Assembly (NCBI GenBank): GCA_024277525.1
Contig: JAJRUZ010000058.1
Coordinates: 2,767 to 66,766 of the forward strand
Length of the DNA stretch: 64,000 nucleotides
Direction of reading: 5' to 3'
From: a candidate division WOR-3 bacterium
Lineage (GTDB): Bacteria; Hydrothermota; Hydrothermia; Hydrothermales; JAJRUZ01
In this document: positions 47,197 through 56,513 of the stretch, piece after piece
Numbering within the stretch: the first letter of the stretch is position 1
Layout: the number at the start of each line of letters is the position of its first letter
Made by a program: the position numbers and the translations under genes
The notes under the pieces: model-generated
What the model saw: only the letters and a program-made list of their open reading frames with translations
Told to the model about the DNA's origin: nothing
The model's database searches: none

Positions 47197-50100
47197 ATGG
47201 TGAATATTTTTATAATGTTCTTATTTGTATTTGACACTCCGAATCCTGCCCCGCAAAATGAATTTCTCCCTTATAATAGCCCGAAAATCGTTTCTGAGCA
47301 TCCTGATTTTTCTTTATTTTCCTCGGTTTTGCCGAAAAAAGAGCAAGTTTTTTTCGGGCTTCCTGAAGATTTTATAGTAAATGATGACACATCAGGATAC
47401 GGAACCCATCAATATTCACCTGCAATTGCAGTGGATTCCAGGGGAAATTATGTTATTGTATGGAGGGATTCAAGATACGGCGGTGCCCCTTATGTAATTA
47501 TGATGAGAAGGTTTGATAAATTTGGTAATCCCCTTGGTTCTGCAATTCGTGTAAGTGAAAATCCCTCTATAAATACAGACGAAATGTCTCCTGATGTTGC
47601 AATTGACTCTGCTGGTAATTTTGTTGTTGTGTGGCAGGATTCCCGAAATGGAACCATCATGGCACAACGCTTTGATGCGGAAGGAAACAAAATAGGAACA
47701 AATTTTCGAGCAGACAATTCTGAGGGAATAAGTACTGGACAGAATTCTCCATCCGTTGCAATGGACCCTGCGGGCAATTTTATAATAGTGTGGCGGGGAT
47801 ATGCAGGCGGTTATTACATATTTGCGCAGATGTGGGACCCTAAAGGAAATCCGATAGGAAATAATTTCAGAGCGGACAATAATCAGGGAGTATCCCCTCA
47901 ATCATCTCCGGATATTGCTGTTGATTCTTCTGGAAATTTCGTTGTTGTATGGGTGGATACATCGGAAGGCTCAGGGATACTTACTGTCCGTTTTCAAAGA
48001 TGGCTTAAAGTAGGATTCCCATTAGATGCTGCAATCAGAGCGGATAATAATCAAGGAAAAGCACCTCAATATGACCCTGTGATTGCAATGGACCGCGAGG
48101 GCAACTTCGTTGTTGCGTGGAGGGACACAACAGCAGGATACGGACAATGGAGAATCAGTGCCCAAAAATGGTCAGCAGCCGGAAACCCGGTTGACACACT
48201 TTTCAGAGCAGATAATTTGGAAGGAACTTCATATCAATATTATCCCTCAACAGCATTTTTACCAAACGGAGATTTCATTATTGCTTGGCAGGACAGAAGC
48301 TCCTATCCTTATTTAATAATGGCACAGAGGTGGACCTTTTGGACAAATACCCCGATTGGGACAAATTTCAGGCTTGATAACGGCGAGGGAACCGGTATCC
48401 AGTCTTATCCGGATATAGCATTCCTCTCGGAGATGGACAGATTCATAGGTGTGTGGCAGGATAGAAGAATCACTGGGTCAATATATCGGATATACGGGCA
48501 AATATGGGATTCTACGGTTGCATCAGGAAGTAATATATTGATTGATGAGAACAAAGGAGATATATATCAGTATTATGCAAGTTGTGCCATGGATTCCGCA
48601 GGGAATTCGGTTGTAGTATGGGTAGATTACAGAGAAGGCTCGGCTTATATTTATGCTCAGAGATATGATGTTAATGGAAATCCTATCGGCACAAATTTCA
48701 GGGCGGATAATGGCAGAAACCGTAGAAGTGAATACTCACCCTCTGTTGCTATGGATCCGACCGGGAACTTTGTTGTTGTATGGAGGACTTCTTACCCTTA
48801 TTACATATACGGTCAACGCTGGGATGCCAACGGCAATCCGGTAGGAGATACCTTCCGGGCTGATAACTGGACAGGGGACCCCGGGCAATACACCCCGGAT
48901 GTCGCAATGGATGCAAATGGAAATTTTGTAATTGTATGGTATGACACATCATTAGCTGGCTACACAAACTTTAGAATCACTGCTCAAAAATGGGATGCTA
49001 ATGGAAATCCTGTGGGAACCCTTTTCAGAGCAGACAACGGGGAAGGAACAGCGGTTCAGTTTTCCCCGATAGTAGAAACAGATGCAATAGGGAATTTTGT
49101 GGTTGCCTGGGTTGACGGAAGAGAAGGGCGGTATAAAATTTATGCTCAGAGATGGGACCTTAATGGACTCGCAGTAGGAACAAATTTTAGGGCAGATAAT
49201 AATGGAAGTGAAATTTATTCTTCTCAATACGAGCCGAGCATAGGAATGGATAATGCAGGAAATTTTGTAATTGCGTGGAGAGAGTATTACAGCGGACAAG
49301 ATAGAATACGAGCGCAAAGATGGAATTCTGCGGGAACTCCACTGGGTTCAAACTTCCGTGCAGACAATGGAGAAGGAACAAACACACAAAGGTTTCCGAG
49401 CGTTGCTATGCATCCGCAAGGAACACGCTTTGTCATATCCTGGCTTGACCAACGCTATCCGGATTGGGATATAATCGCACAAGTATGGGATGATTCAATA
49501 CCCATCGGGAATAATAAATTGATGAACAATGACCCCCTTCCTTTTGCACATCAGAGAGGTTACAGCAAAAAAGCAATTGCATTTAAAAATAATAAAGTGA
49601 TGCAAGTATGGGAAGACAGCAGAAGAGGAAAAAATTGGGATATTTATGCAAAAATTATTCCACTGGAACCTCCGATAGGTCCGCCCACACTTATTTCTCC
49701 CTCTGATAATGCCTATCTAAATAACACTGCAACTATTTTTCATTGGTCAAAGGTCCAAAATGCTTTCTCCTATGAATTCCAATTATCACCCGATTCTTTA
49801 TTTTCTGCATACTTGAGCTTTGAAACCGATGATACTTTCTTTATCCAAAGTCTACAAGAAGGGGGCTATTACTGGCGTGTTAGAGCGGTATCATTTGTAA
49901 ATGTCAAAAGCTCATGGTCTGAAACTTGGAAATTTGAAGTGGATTTAACCGCCCCTGATGCACCCGTGCTCAATTTCCCGACAAACGGCATATGGCTCGG
50001 AGATACTGCGATATCTTTTGACTGGAGCCCGGTAACTTTCTCTTCACAAAAACAAATCCTAAAAGATATAGAAATTCTTTCAAGCGCACCCGTACATTAT

Positions 50101-50892
50101 ATTATTCAGATAGATACACTCCTCTCCTTTACAACCCCTGTTTATGTTGATACCGTTGATGTCACTCCCCTCACGGTTACACTTCCTTATCATCTCGTTT
50201 ATTTCTGGAGGGTAAAAGCTTTTGATGACGCGGGAAATACAGGAAATTTCAGCCCTGCTGACTTTTTCAGAATAGATACAATCCCCCCGCTCATTGACTC
50301 TACAACCCGATATCCAAAAGCAGTAGCCTCTTCGGGTCCTTTCCCGATACAAACATGGGTCTGGGATAATGCAGGAGTTGATACGGTTTATCTTGCTTAT
50401 AAAAGACAAGAAGATACCGACTGGATTTTAACACAAATGCAACACATCGGAAATAACTGGTTCACAGATACAATTCCTTCCGTAAGTCAACAGGATGATA
50501 CGATACAATACTATATTCTTGCAAAAGATATCACGCTTCCGGCAAATATATCTTCTGATCCGAAAAATGCTCCTACCCTCTTTTATTCATTTATCGCAAA
50601 TACTGTCTCGGTGTCAGAAAACTCCTCAACGGGTCAAAAATTTTCTTTTACCCTCTTAAAAAATATAGGCAACAAATTTATATTTAAGCTGTTTTTACCA
50701 AAAGAAGACAGAATTATACTCCGCATTTTTGATGCCTCTGGTCGATTGATAGGTTCCCCGATAAAAGGTGTTATAAAAAGAGGTAATGTAAAAATTATAT
50801 GGACACCGTCAAATAAAAAAAGTGGTATTTATTTTTATCATCTTAAAAGTTATTATGGAAAATATCAAGGAAAGGGGATAATAATAAAGTAA
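47197..50892 (+). CDS. Giant secreted repeat protein: signal peptide, about 14 propeller-like tandem repeats, two FN3-like domains, and a T9SS C-terminal sorting domain
   Basis: RBS GGAG lies 8 nt upstream of ATG 47197. Signal MVNIFIMFLFVF. Repeat consensus: SP-x-VAMD-x-x-GNFVVVW-x-D...IYAQRWD-x-x-GNP-x-G-x-x-FRADN-x-x-G. FN3-like YYWRVRA and YFWRVKA. C-terminal RIFDASGRLIG...GIYFYHLKSYYG...IIIK. Confidence 0.7.
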   Translation: MVNIFIMFLFVFDTPNPAPQNEFLPYNSPKIVSEHPDFSLFSSVLPKKEQVFFGLPEDFIVNDDTSGYGTHQYSPAIAVDSRGNYVIVWRDSRYGGAPYVIMMRRFDKFGNPLGSAIRVSENPSINTDEMSPDVAIDSAGNFVVVWQDSRNGTIMAQRFDAEGNKIGTNFRADNSEGISTGQNSPSVAMDPAGNFIIVWRGYAGGYYIFAQMWDPKGNPIGNNFRADNNQGVSPQSSPDIAVDSSGNFVVVWVDTSEGSGILTVRFQRWLKVGFPLDAAIRADNNQGKAPQYDPVIAMDREGNFVVAWRDTTAGYGQWRISAQKWSAAGNPVDTLFRADNLEGTSYQYYPSTAFLPNGDFIIAWQDRSSYPYLIMAQRWTFWTNTPIGTNFRLDNGEGTGIQSYPDIAFLSEMDRFIGVWQDRRITGSIYRIYGQIWDSTVASGSNILIDENKGDIYQYYASCAMDSAGNSVVVWVDYREGSAYIYAQRYDVNGNPIGTNFRADNGRNRRSEYSPSVAMDPTGNFVVVWRTSYPYYIYGQRWDANGNPVGDTFRADNWTGDPGQYTPDVAMDANGNFVIVWYDTSLAGYTNFRITAQKWDANGNPVGTLFRADNGEGTAVQFSPIVETDAIGNFVVAWVDGREGRYKIYAQRWDLNGLAVGTNFRADNNGSEIYSSQYEPSIGMDNAGNFVIAWREYYSGQDRIRAQRWNSAGTPLGSNFRADNGEGTNTQRFPSVAMHPQGTRFVISWLDQRYPDWDIIAQVWDDSIPIGNNKLMNNDPLPFAHQRGYSKKAIAFKNNKVMQVWEDSRRGKNWDIYAKIIPLEPPIGPPTLISPSDNAYLNNTATIFHWSKVQNAFSYEFQLSPDSLFSAYLSFETDDTFFIQSLQEGGYYWRVRAVSFVNVKSSWSETWKFEVDLTAPDAPVLNFPTNGIWLGDTAISFDWSPVTFSSQKQILKDIEILSSAPVHYIIQIDTLLSFTTPVYVDTVDVTPLTVTLPYHLVYFWRVKAFDDAGNTGNFSPADFFRIDTIPPLIDSTTRYPKAVASSGPFPIQTWVWDNAGVDTVYLAYKRQEDTDWILTQMQHIGNNWFTDTIPSVSQQDDTIQYYILAKDITLPANISSDPKNAPTLFYSFIANTVSVSENSSTGQKFSFTLLKNIGNKFIFKLFLPKEDRIILRIFDASGRLIGSPIKGVIKRGNVKIIWTPSNKKSGIYFYHLKSYYGKYQGKGIIIK
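47416..49660 (+). repeat. In-frame tandem degenerate repeats (about 50-56 codons each, about 14 copies) inside the giant protein gene
   Basis: Recurrence of the GNFVVVW / FRADN / SP motifs at a 150-170 nt period in the translated frame. Confidence 0.6.
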
Positions 50893-50948
50893 TTAAGCTC
50901 GGTTCTAAAGGACTTGAAATTATTTTTTAAAAATGGTATTAATTATTT

Positions 50949-51812
50949 ATGAATTACAGATTAAAAACTGTATTATTCCTGGGTGTATTAACGGGATTAC
51001 TTCTTTTCATCGGTAAAGTAATAGGCGGTTATTACGGAATGCTTTTTGCCCTTATATTCGCAGGAATAATGAATTTTGTGTCTTACTGGTTTTCTGACAG
51101 AATTGTTCTTGGAATGTACGGGGCTAAAAGGATAAGCTACGAAGAAGCTCCGTGGCTTCATGAAATTGTTGCCGAACTTTCACATAAAGCGGGAATAAAA
51201 AAACCCGAAATATATCTTATTCCGATGGAACAACCCAATGCCTTTGCAACAGGAAGAGGACCGGAAAAATCCGCGGTTGCTGTAACTTCTGGCATATTGA
51301 ACCTCTTAAATAAAGAAGAATTAAGAGGTGTTCTTGCACACGAAATATCTCATGTAAAAAACAGGGATGTGCTTGTTGCATCAATAGCAGCAACAATTGC
51401 AGGTGCTATTTCAATGATAATAAATTGGCTTCAATGGGCTTTAATTTTCGGATTCGGAAGGGACGATGACGAAAATCCTTTATCTTTCATAGGGACCTTA
51501 CTTTTGATAATAATAACACCGATAATCGCAATGATTATTCAACTTGCAATTTCAAGGTCAAGGGAATATCTTGCTGATGAGGAGGGTGCAAGAATTTCCG
51601 GAAATCCCTTAGGACTTGCAAAAGCCCTTGAGAAAATTTCATATGCTGTAAGAAAAATTCCTGCACAAGTAAACCAAGGCACAGCCCATTTATTTATTGA
51701 AAATCCTTTAAAAGGACAAAATATAATTGAACTCTTTTCAACCCACCCACCGGTTGAAAAAAGAATAGAAAGACTTCTGAGATTAGCACGAAAGACCGGA
51801 GATTTATGTTAA
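50949..51812 (+). CDS. htpX: Zinc metalloprotease HtpX (M48)
   Basis: 287 aa. HEISHVKNRD HExxH motif, four TM segments, and a typical HtpX N-terminus. Confidence 0.85.
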   Translation: MNYRLKTVLFLGVLTGLLLFIGKVIGGYYGMLFALIFAGIMNFVSYWFSDRIVLGMYGAKRISYEEAPWLHEIVAELSHKAGIKKPEIYLIPMEQPNAFATGRGPEKSAVAVTSGILNLLNKEELRGVLAHEISHVKNRDVLVASIAATIAGAISMIINWLQWALIFGFGRDDDENPLSFIGTLLLIIITPIIAMIIQLAISRSREYLADEEGARISGNPLGLAKALEKISYAVRKIPAQVNQGTAHLFIENPLKGQNIIELFSTHPPVEKRIERLLRLARKTGDLC

Positions 51813-51927
51813 ATTTGGGTTCAGCAGGCTGTCTAAAAACTTGCAAATTCCCATTCCCTTGATGGGAGAAGATTAAGGGGAGGGTGAAGATTTTATTGTA
51901 GCACATAGACTTTCACCCCCGCTCAGC

Positions 51928-51955
51928 CTCCCTCATCAAGTGGAAGGAGAGTTTT
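51928..51955 (+). terminator. Candidate rho-independent terminator downstream of htpX
   Basis: Hairpin CTCCCTC-(8 nt loop)-GAAGGAG (6/7 bp) followed by TTTT, in a GC-rich intergenic region between convergent genes. Confidence 0.35.
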
Positions 51956-51981
51956 CGGACAACCGGTCGAGCCGATTTGAT

Positions 51982-53679
51982 TTATTTAATTCTTATATAA
52001 CTATAAATAGAAAGCAAGATCAAAGTAAAAAATCCCCAAAACGGGTTTGTGATGTTAAAACTAAATAGGGAAATTCCCGATAAAATCAATATTGCAAGAA
52101 CTATACCGCTTATTGCATCTCCTGCCACAAAACCCGAAGCAAGAAGAACTCCTTTTTCTTTTTTCTTTACCAAATCAGAAATAATTCCTCCGATTGCAAT
52201 AGGTGTTGAAAGTGATAAAGGAAGATAAAGCCCGACAGCAACGGGTAATGAAGAGACGCCGAGCAACTCAAGGAATACCGTAATCATTATTCCGGTTGTT
52301 ATAAGAACATAAGGTAGATTTCCCTCAAATATTCCTTTTACAATCAAAGACATTAAGGTTGCCTGAGGCGCGGATAACTCCCCGCTTCCTATGGTATAAG
52401 CCTTATGCAATAGAAATAAAGTGAAACCTATGAATACTGCAGAAGTTAAAACCCCGATGATTTCTCCTATTTGCTGTAATCTGGGTGTAGCCCTTACCAG
52501 ATAACCTGTTTTTAAGTCTTGTGATGTATCACCTGCTATTGCTGCTCCTATACATACAAGTGCTCCTATTGTAAGTGCGGTTATCATTGCGGACTTTCCC
52601 CTTGCTCCGAGTGAATAAATAATTATGCTTACCGTAAAAAGAGTTGCAATTGTCATTCCGGAAACAGGATTTGAAGACGACCCCACCAATCCTACAATTC
52701 TTGAGGATACCACAACAAAAATAAGGGAAAAGACTATTATTAAAAGTGATGTGAACAAATTCTGTTTAAAAGAAGGAAAAAAAGAAAGGAAAAAATAAAT
52801 TATTATTACCGAAATTAGAATAAATGACAAAGGAAGGTCTCTTTCGCCCGGTTTAAAAGAAAGGAATTTTTTTTCTTTTATTACAGGAATAATTACTTTC
52901 ATGAATGAAATGAATCCGCCTGCAAAAACAGCACCTGCACCTATATATCTTATATATTTGCTCCATATTTCGATAGGTTCCAAAACTTTTGCGTCAGGGA
53001 CAAAATTTCCTATTAAAGGAATTAACACAAACCAGCCGATAAGCCCTCCTGATAATAAAAAGAAAGATATTCTTCTTCCCAGAATTATTCCGACGCCAAA
53101 CAGTGCGGGTGAGTTCTCAAAGCCGAGTTCAAATTTGTTTTTAAAAGAAAAACTGAATACATCAGGAAACAATTTAAAGCCTATGGCAAAGAACCGATAA
53201 ATAAAACCGAAGAAAAGCCCTTCAAAAACCGATTTTGCCTTTTCTCCTCCTTCGTCTCCTGCTTTTAAGACTTCTGCACATGCCCTTCCTTCTGGATAAG
53301 GGAGCTCCTTATCCTCCTCCTCTATGAACCTTTTTCTTATCGGTATCATGAAGATAACTCCCAAGAGTCCTCCTGCAAGGGAAACAAGGAATATATAAAA
53401 AATTGAAGGGTTCAGTCCCAAAAGTATAAGTGCAGGAACTGTAAATATAACACCTGCTGCAAGTGATTCTCCTGCTGATGCAATTGTCTGAACGATATTA
53501 TTTTCAAGTATTGTTCCTCTTCTTAAAATTCCTCTCAATATTGCCATTGAAACAACCGCTGCGGGAATTGATGCGGAGACGGTCATTCCTGCTTTAAGAC
53601 CCAGATACGCATTTGCTGCTCCGAAAATTATTGAAAGAATTATTCCGAGAATAACTGCTTTTATTGTAAATTCTTTCAT
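51982..53679 (-). CDS. OPT-family oligopeptide transporter
   Basis: 565 aa, polytopic. N-terminal AVILGIILSIIFGAANAYLGLKAGMTVSASIPAAVVSMAILR is characteristic of the OPT superfamily. Confidence 0.8.
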   Translation of the reverse strand: MKEFTIKAVILGIILSIIFGAANAYLGLKAGMTVSASIPAAVVSMAILRGILRRGTILENNIVQTIASAGESLAAGVIFTVPALILLGLNPSIFYIFLVSLAGGLLGVIFMIPIRKRFIEEEDKELPYPEGRACAEVLKAGDEGGEKAKSVFEGLFFGFIYRFFAIGFKLFPDVFSFSFKNKFELGFENSPALFGVGIILGRRISFFLLSGGLIGWFVLIPLIGNFVPDAKVLEPIEIWSKYIRYIGAGAVFAGGFISFMKVIIPVIKEKKFLSFKPGERDLPLSFILISVIIIYFFLSFFPSFKQNLFTSLLIIVFSLIFVVVSSRIVGLVGSSSNPVSGMTIATLFTVSIIIYSLGARGKSAMITALTIGALVCIGAAIAGDTSQDLKTGYLVRATPRLQQIGEIIGVLTSAVFIGFTLFLLHKAYTIGSGELSAPQATLMSLIVKGIFEGNLPYVLITTGIMITVFLELLGVSSLPVAVGLYLPLSLSTPIAIGGIISDLVKKKEKGVLLASGFVAGDAISGIVLAILILSGISLFSFNITNPFWGFFTLILLSIYSYIRIK

Positions 53680-53681
53680 TT

Positions 53682-54937
53682 TTATTTTTTTCGCAGAATA
53701 ACTATATATTCATATTTCATCGTTTCTTCTTTTTCTCCCTTTATGTTACCGGGTGATGTGAGGGAAAGCATTCTTTTGTTAAATATTCCCCTTACTATGG
53801 TTTTTTTATGTTTGAATCCGAAATTTTCAAAAAAAACGGCACAAATTTTATCTGTTGGAAGTTGGATTCCTTTGACCCTCCTATTTCCCACTACAAAGCA
53901 TACATATTTATTTGTTTTAACTTTTCTTGATATAACGGAGATTGAATTGTATAAATCATAATAAAAAGAATAAACTTCTTTTGCCCTTTTTTCGTCTTTT
54001 TGTTTTATTTTATATAAAAATTTATAAAGAACATCCGAAGGCAGGTTTTCTTTTATTTCCCTTTTTTGACTTCCTAAGGATTCCTTATCAACTTTTTCCT
54101 CAATTCCTAACCATTGAAGCGGTAATCTTGAGAATTGACCGTAAGCTACGGTAGTCTTTGAATCTCCATAAGGCGGAGAGGTTATAACTAAGTCTATACT
54201 TTTGTCTTTTATATTGATTTCATGTAATATGTTTTTATTATCAACCAAGATTTCTACCCTTTGAGGTTTATTTTCTTTATAAAAATTTGTTAATAAACTA
54301 ATATTTCCGAAAACAATTTGTTTAAAAACATTAAATACATTTTTATTTCCGTTTTCTTTTTTTAAAAGTTTAAATTCGTTATATTTAATATTTGCGACCC
54401 TTTTCACTGTTTCGGAAAAAGATACGATAAAGAAATTTCTGAGATTATGGTCTTCAATCTTGTGAATAGTTTTTTCAGTTTTGACAATTCATCTATTACT
54501 TCTTTTTTAAACCAGTAATTTATATTAAAGAAATTTACTTTTTCCGGCTTTGTTTTTTTAAATTCTTTTTCTAATTTTAAGAAACTTTTCAAAAGAGATT
54601 TTTGATTAAGTGGGGTTATTCTAACTTTTGTAATTAACACTGCCAAAGGATTTATATCATATCCTATGAAGTTTCCGCCATTTATTAAACATTCTACACC
54701 TACCACACCTGAACCCATAAAAGGGTCCCATATCACATCTTTTTCTTTGGAATATAGATTCAAAAGTCTTCTTACAACCAAAAAATGAAACATTGCAGGA
54801 TAAGGATGAATGCCGTATACTCCTTTTGACGCAGGAACCTCACTGAAGTCAAAACTTTCATCCCTTATTCTTTTAAATACGGATTTCTCTTTTTTTATTT
54901 TTGAATCTTTTATTTTAAACAATTCTTTTTGTTTCAT
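53682..54937 (-). CDS. DNA methyltransferase (N6-adenine/N4-cytosine; motif I DPFMGSG then motif IV SPPYGD), split at an A5/T5 homopolymer (54416-54420)
   Basis: The upstream ORF has the SAM motif WDPFMGSGVVGVEC. The downstream ORF has DLVITSPPYGD. The two ORFs overlap by GTGA. Adding one T on the coding strand yields a continuous ...ISLSYLFSETVKRVANIKYNEF... Confidence 0.75.
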
Positions 54938-55656
54938 ATTCTTAATTCTTTTGGTAAGTCCTTTAATCTTCTGATCCAGGGCAAACTTTTAAGATAATCC
55001 AATTCTTTCAATTCGTCTCTCACATATGCAATAAATCCTTCTTCATTTATTTCATTCGTTTTAGAAAGAGGTAATTTAGTATCTATGGTTATCAAGTATG
55101 TCCGTTGATTTAATCTTACTTGGGGAACTTCTTGTTTCCATCTTTCTCTTAAGGTTCTTTTACATGTTATAAAAATAGCTCTGTCAGGGGTTTTGATTGC
55201 AACTTCTGTGGAAGGTATTACAATATCTATTCTACCTAAGATTTTACTTTCCTTGCCCTTTGGAATCTCACATTCTATCCCTATGAACGAAAGGAACTTA
55301 TATACCATTTTTTCAAAATTTTTACCTCCCCTTGCTTTTCTCATACTTCCTAAATCCTTTTCTAACTTTTGAACTAATTTTGCGAATTCCAAAAATATAT
55401 CGGTAGTTTTCTTAACAAAATTTTTAATGCCTTCTGTTTCTAATATTTTTTTAAACTTATTTCTAGTCTCCTTACTTTGCGCCGTTAACCATTCTTTTGC
55501 TAATGTTCGGAGAGCTTTTTCCTCGTACTTTAGAAAAATTTCATGTCCTGTTTCATCTGCTTTAACAAGTGCTTTTCCGAAATTTTTCTTTATTTTCGCT
55601 TTAATAATGATGCTTTCCACAAATTCATTATAATAAATTAAATTTGATTTATTCAA
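54934..55656 (-). CDS. Candidate type II restriction endonuclease (PD-(D/E)xK-like), partner of the downstream methyltransferase
   Basis: 240 aa. A 4-nt overlap with the methyltransferase start suggests translational coupling. Possible nuclease core GRIDIVIPSTE...ECEIPKGK / FITCKRTLRERW. No other homology is recognisable. Confidence 0.4.
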   Translation of the reverse strand: MNKSNLIYYNEFVESIIIKAKIKKNFGKALVKADETGHEIFLKYEEKALRTLAKEWLTAQSKETRNKFKKILETEGIKNFVKKTTDIFLEFAKLVQKLEKDLGSMRKARGGKNFEKMVYKFLSFIGIECEIPKGKESKILGRIDIVIPSTEVAIKTPDRAIFITCKRTLRERWKQEVPQVRLNQRTYLITIDTKLPLSKTNEINEEGFIAYVRDELKELDYLKSLPWIRRLKDLPKELRI

Positions 55657-55688
55657 TATATGTAAAATAAAAATGTTATGCTTTATAA

Positions 55689-56513
55689 TTGAATATGTTT
55701 TTCAGAAAACCTTTTAAACCTGATAAAAAAGAAATAAAGGCAGAGGTGTGGAGAAAGTGCGATAGTTGCGGTGAAACACTTCATATTGCCCAACTCGAAA
55801 AAAATCTCTGGGTATGCCCGAAATGCTCTTTTCATTTCAGAATACCCGCAAAAAAATATATTGAATATATTTTTGAAAAAGAAAGTTTTGTAGAACTTTT
55901 TAATGAGATTGAATCCGATGACCCTTTAAATTTCCCTGATTATAAAAAGAAGTTAAAAAAAGCAAAAGAAAAAACAGGCTTAAAGGAAGCATGTATAACA
56001 GGAAAAGGAAAAATTGATAAATTTACAGTGTGTGCCTTTATTTCCGATTTCTCATTCATAGGCGGAAGTATGGGGTCTGCTTATGGAGAAAAATTTTACC
56101 GTATCTGTGAACACGCTGTTAGTGAAAAATTACCTTTAATTTCCATCACATCTTCCGGTGGAGGTGCAAGAATGCAGGAAGGAATCCTGTCCCTTATGCA
56201 ACTCGTTAAAACAAACCTCGGAGTAAAACTTCTGGAAGAAAATAAAATACCTTATATCACCGTTCTGTGTGATCCAACAATGGGAGGAGTAATGGCTTCA
56301 TTTGCTGCACTCGGAGATATTTCACTTGCGGAAAAAGGAGCATTGCTCGGTTTTGCAGGACCGAGAGTTATTGAACAAACAATAAGACAGAAACTCCCCG
56401 AAGGATTCCAAAGAGCGGAATTTCAACTTGAACACGGAATGATTGACGAAGTGATTGATAGAAGAGAATTAAAGAAAAAACTGATAAAAATTTTAAATAT
56501 TCTTTGGGATTAA
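55689..56513 (+). CDS. accD: Acetyl-CoA carboxylase carboxyltransferase subunit beta
   Basis: 274 aa. N-terminal Cys4 zinc finger (CDSCGETLH...CPKCSFH) and the carboxyltransferase domain. Confidence 0.9.
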   Translation: MNMFFRKPFKPDKKEIKAEVWRKCDSCGETLHIAQLEKNLWVCPKCSFHFRIPAKKYIEYIFEKESFVELFNEIESDDPLNFPDYKKKLKKAKEKTGLKEACITGKGKIDKFTVCAFISDFSFIGGSMGSAYGEKFYRICEHAVSEKLPLISITSSGGGARMQEGILSLMQLVKTNLGVKLLEENKIPYITVLCDPTMGGVMASFAALGDISLAEKGALLGFAGPRVIEQTIRQKLPEGFQRAEFQLEHGMIDEVIDRRELKKKLIKILNILWD

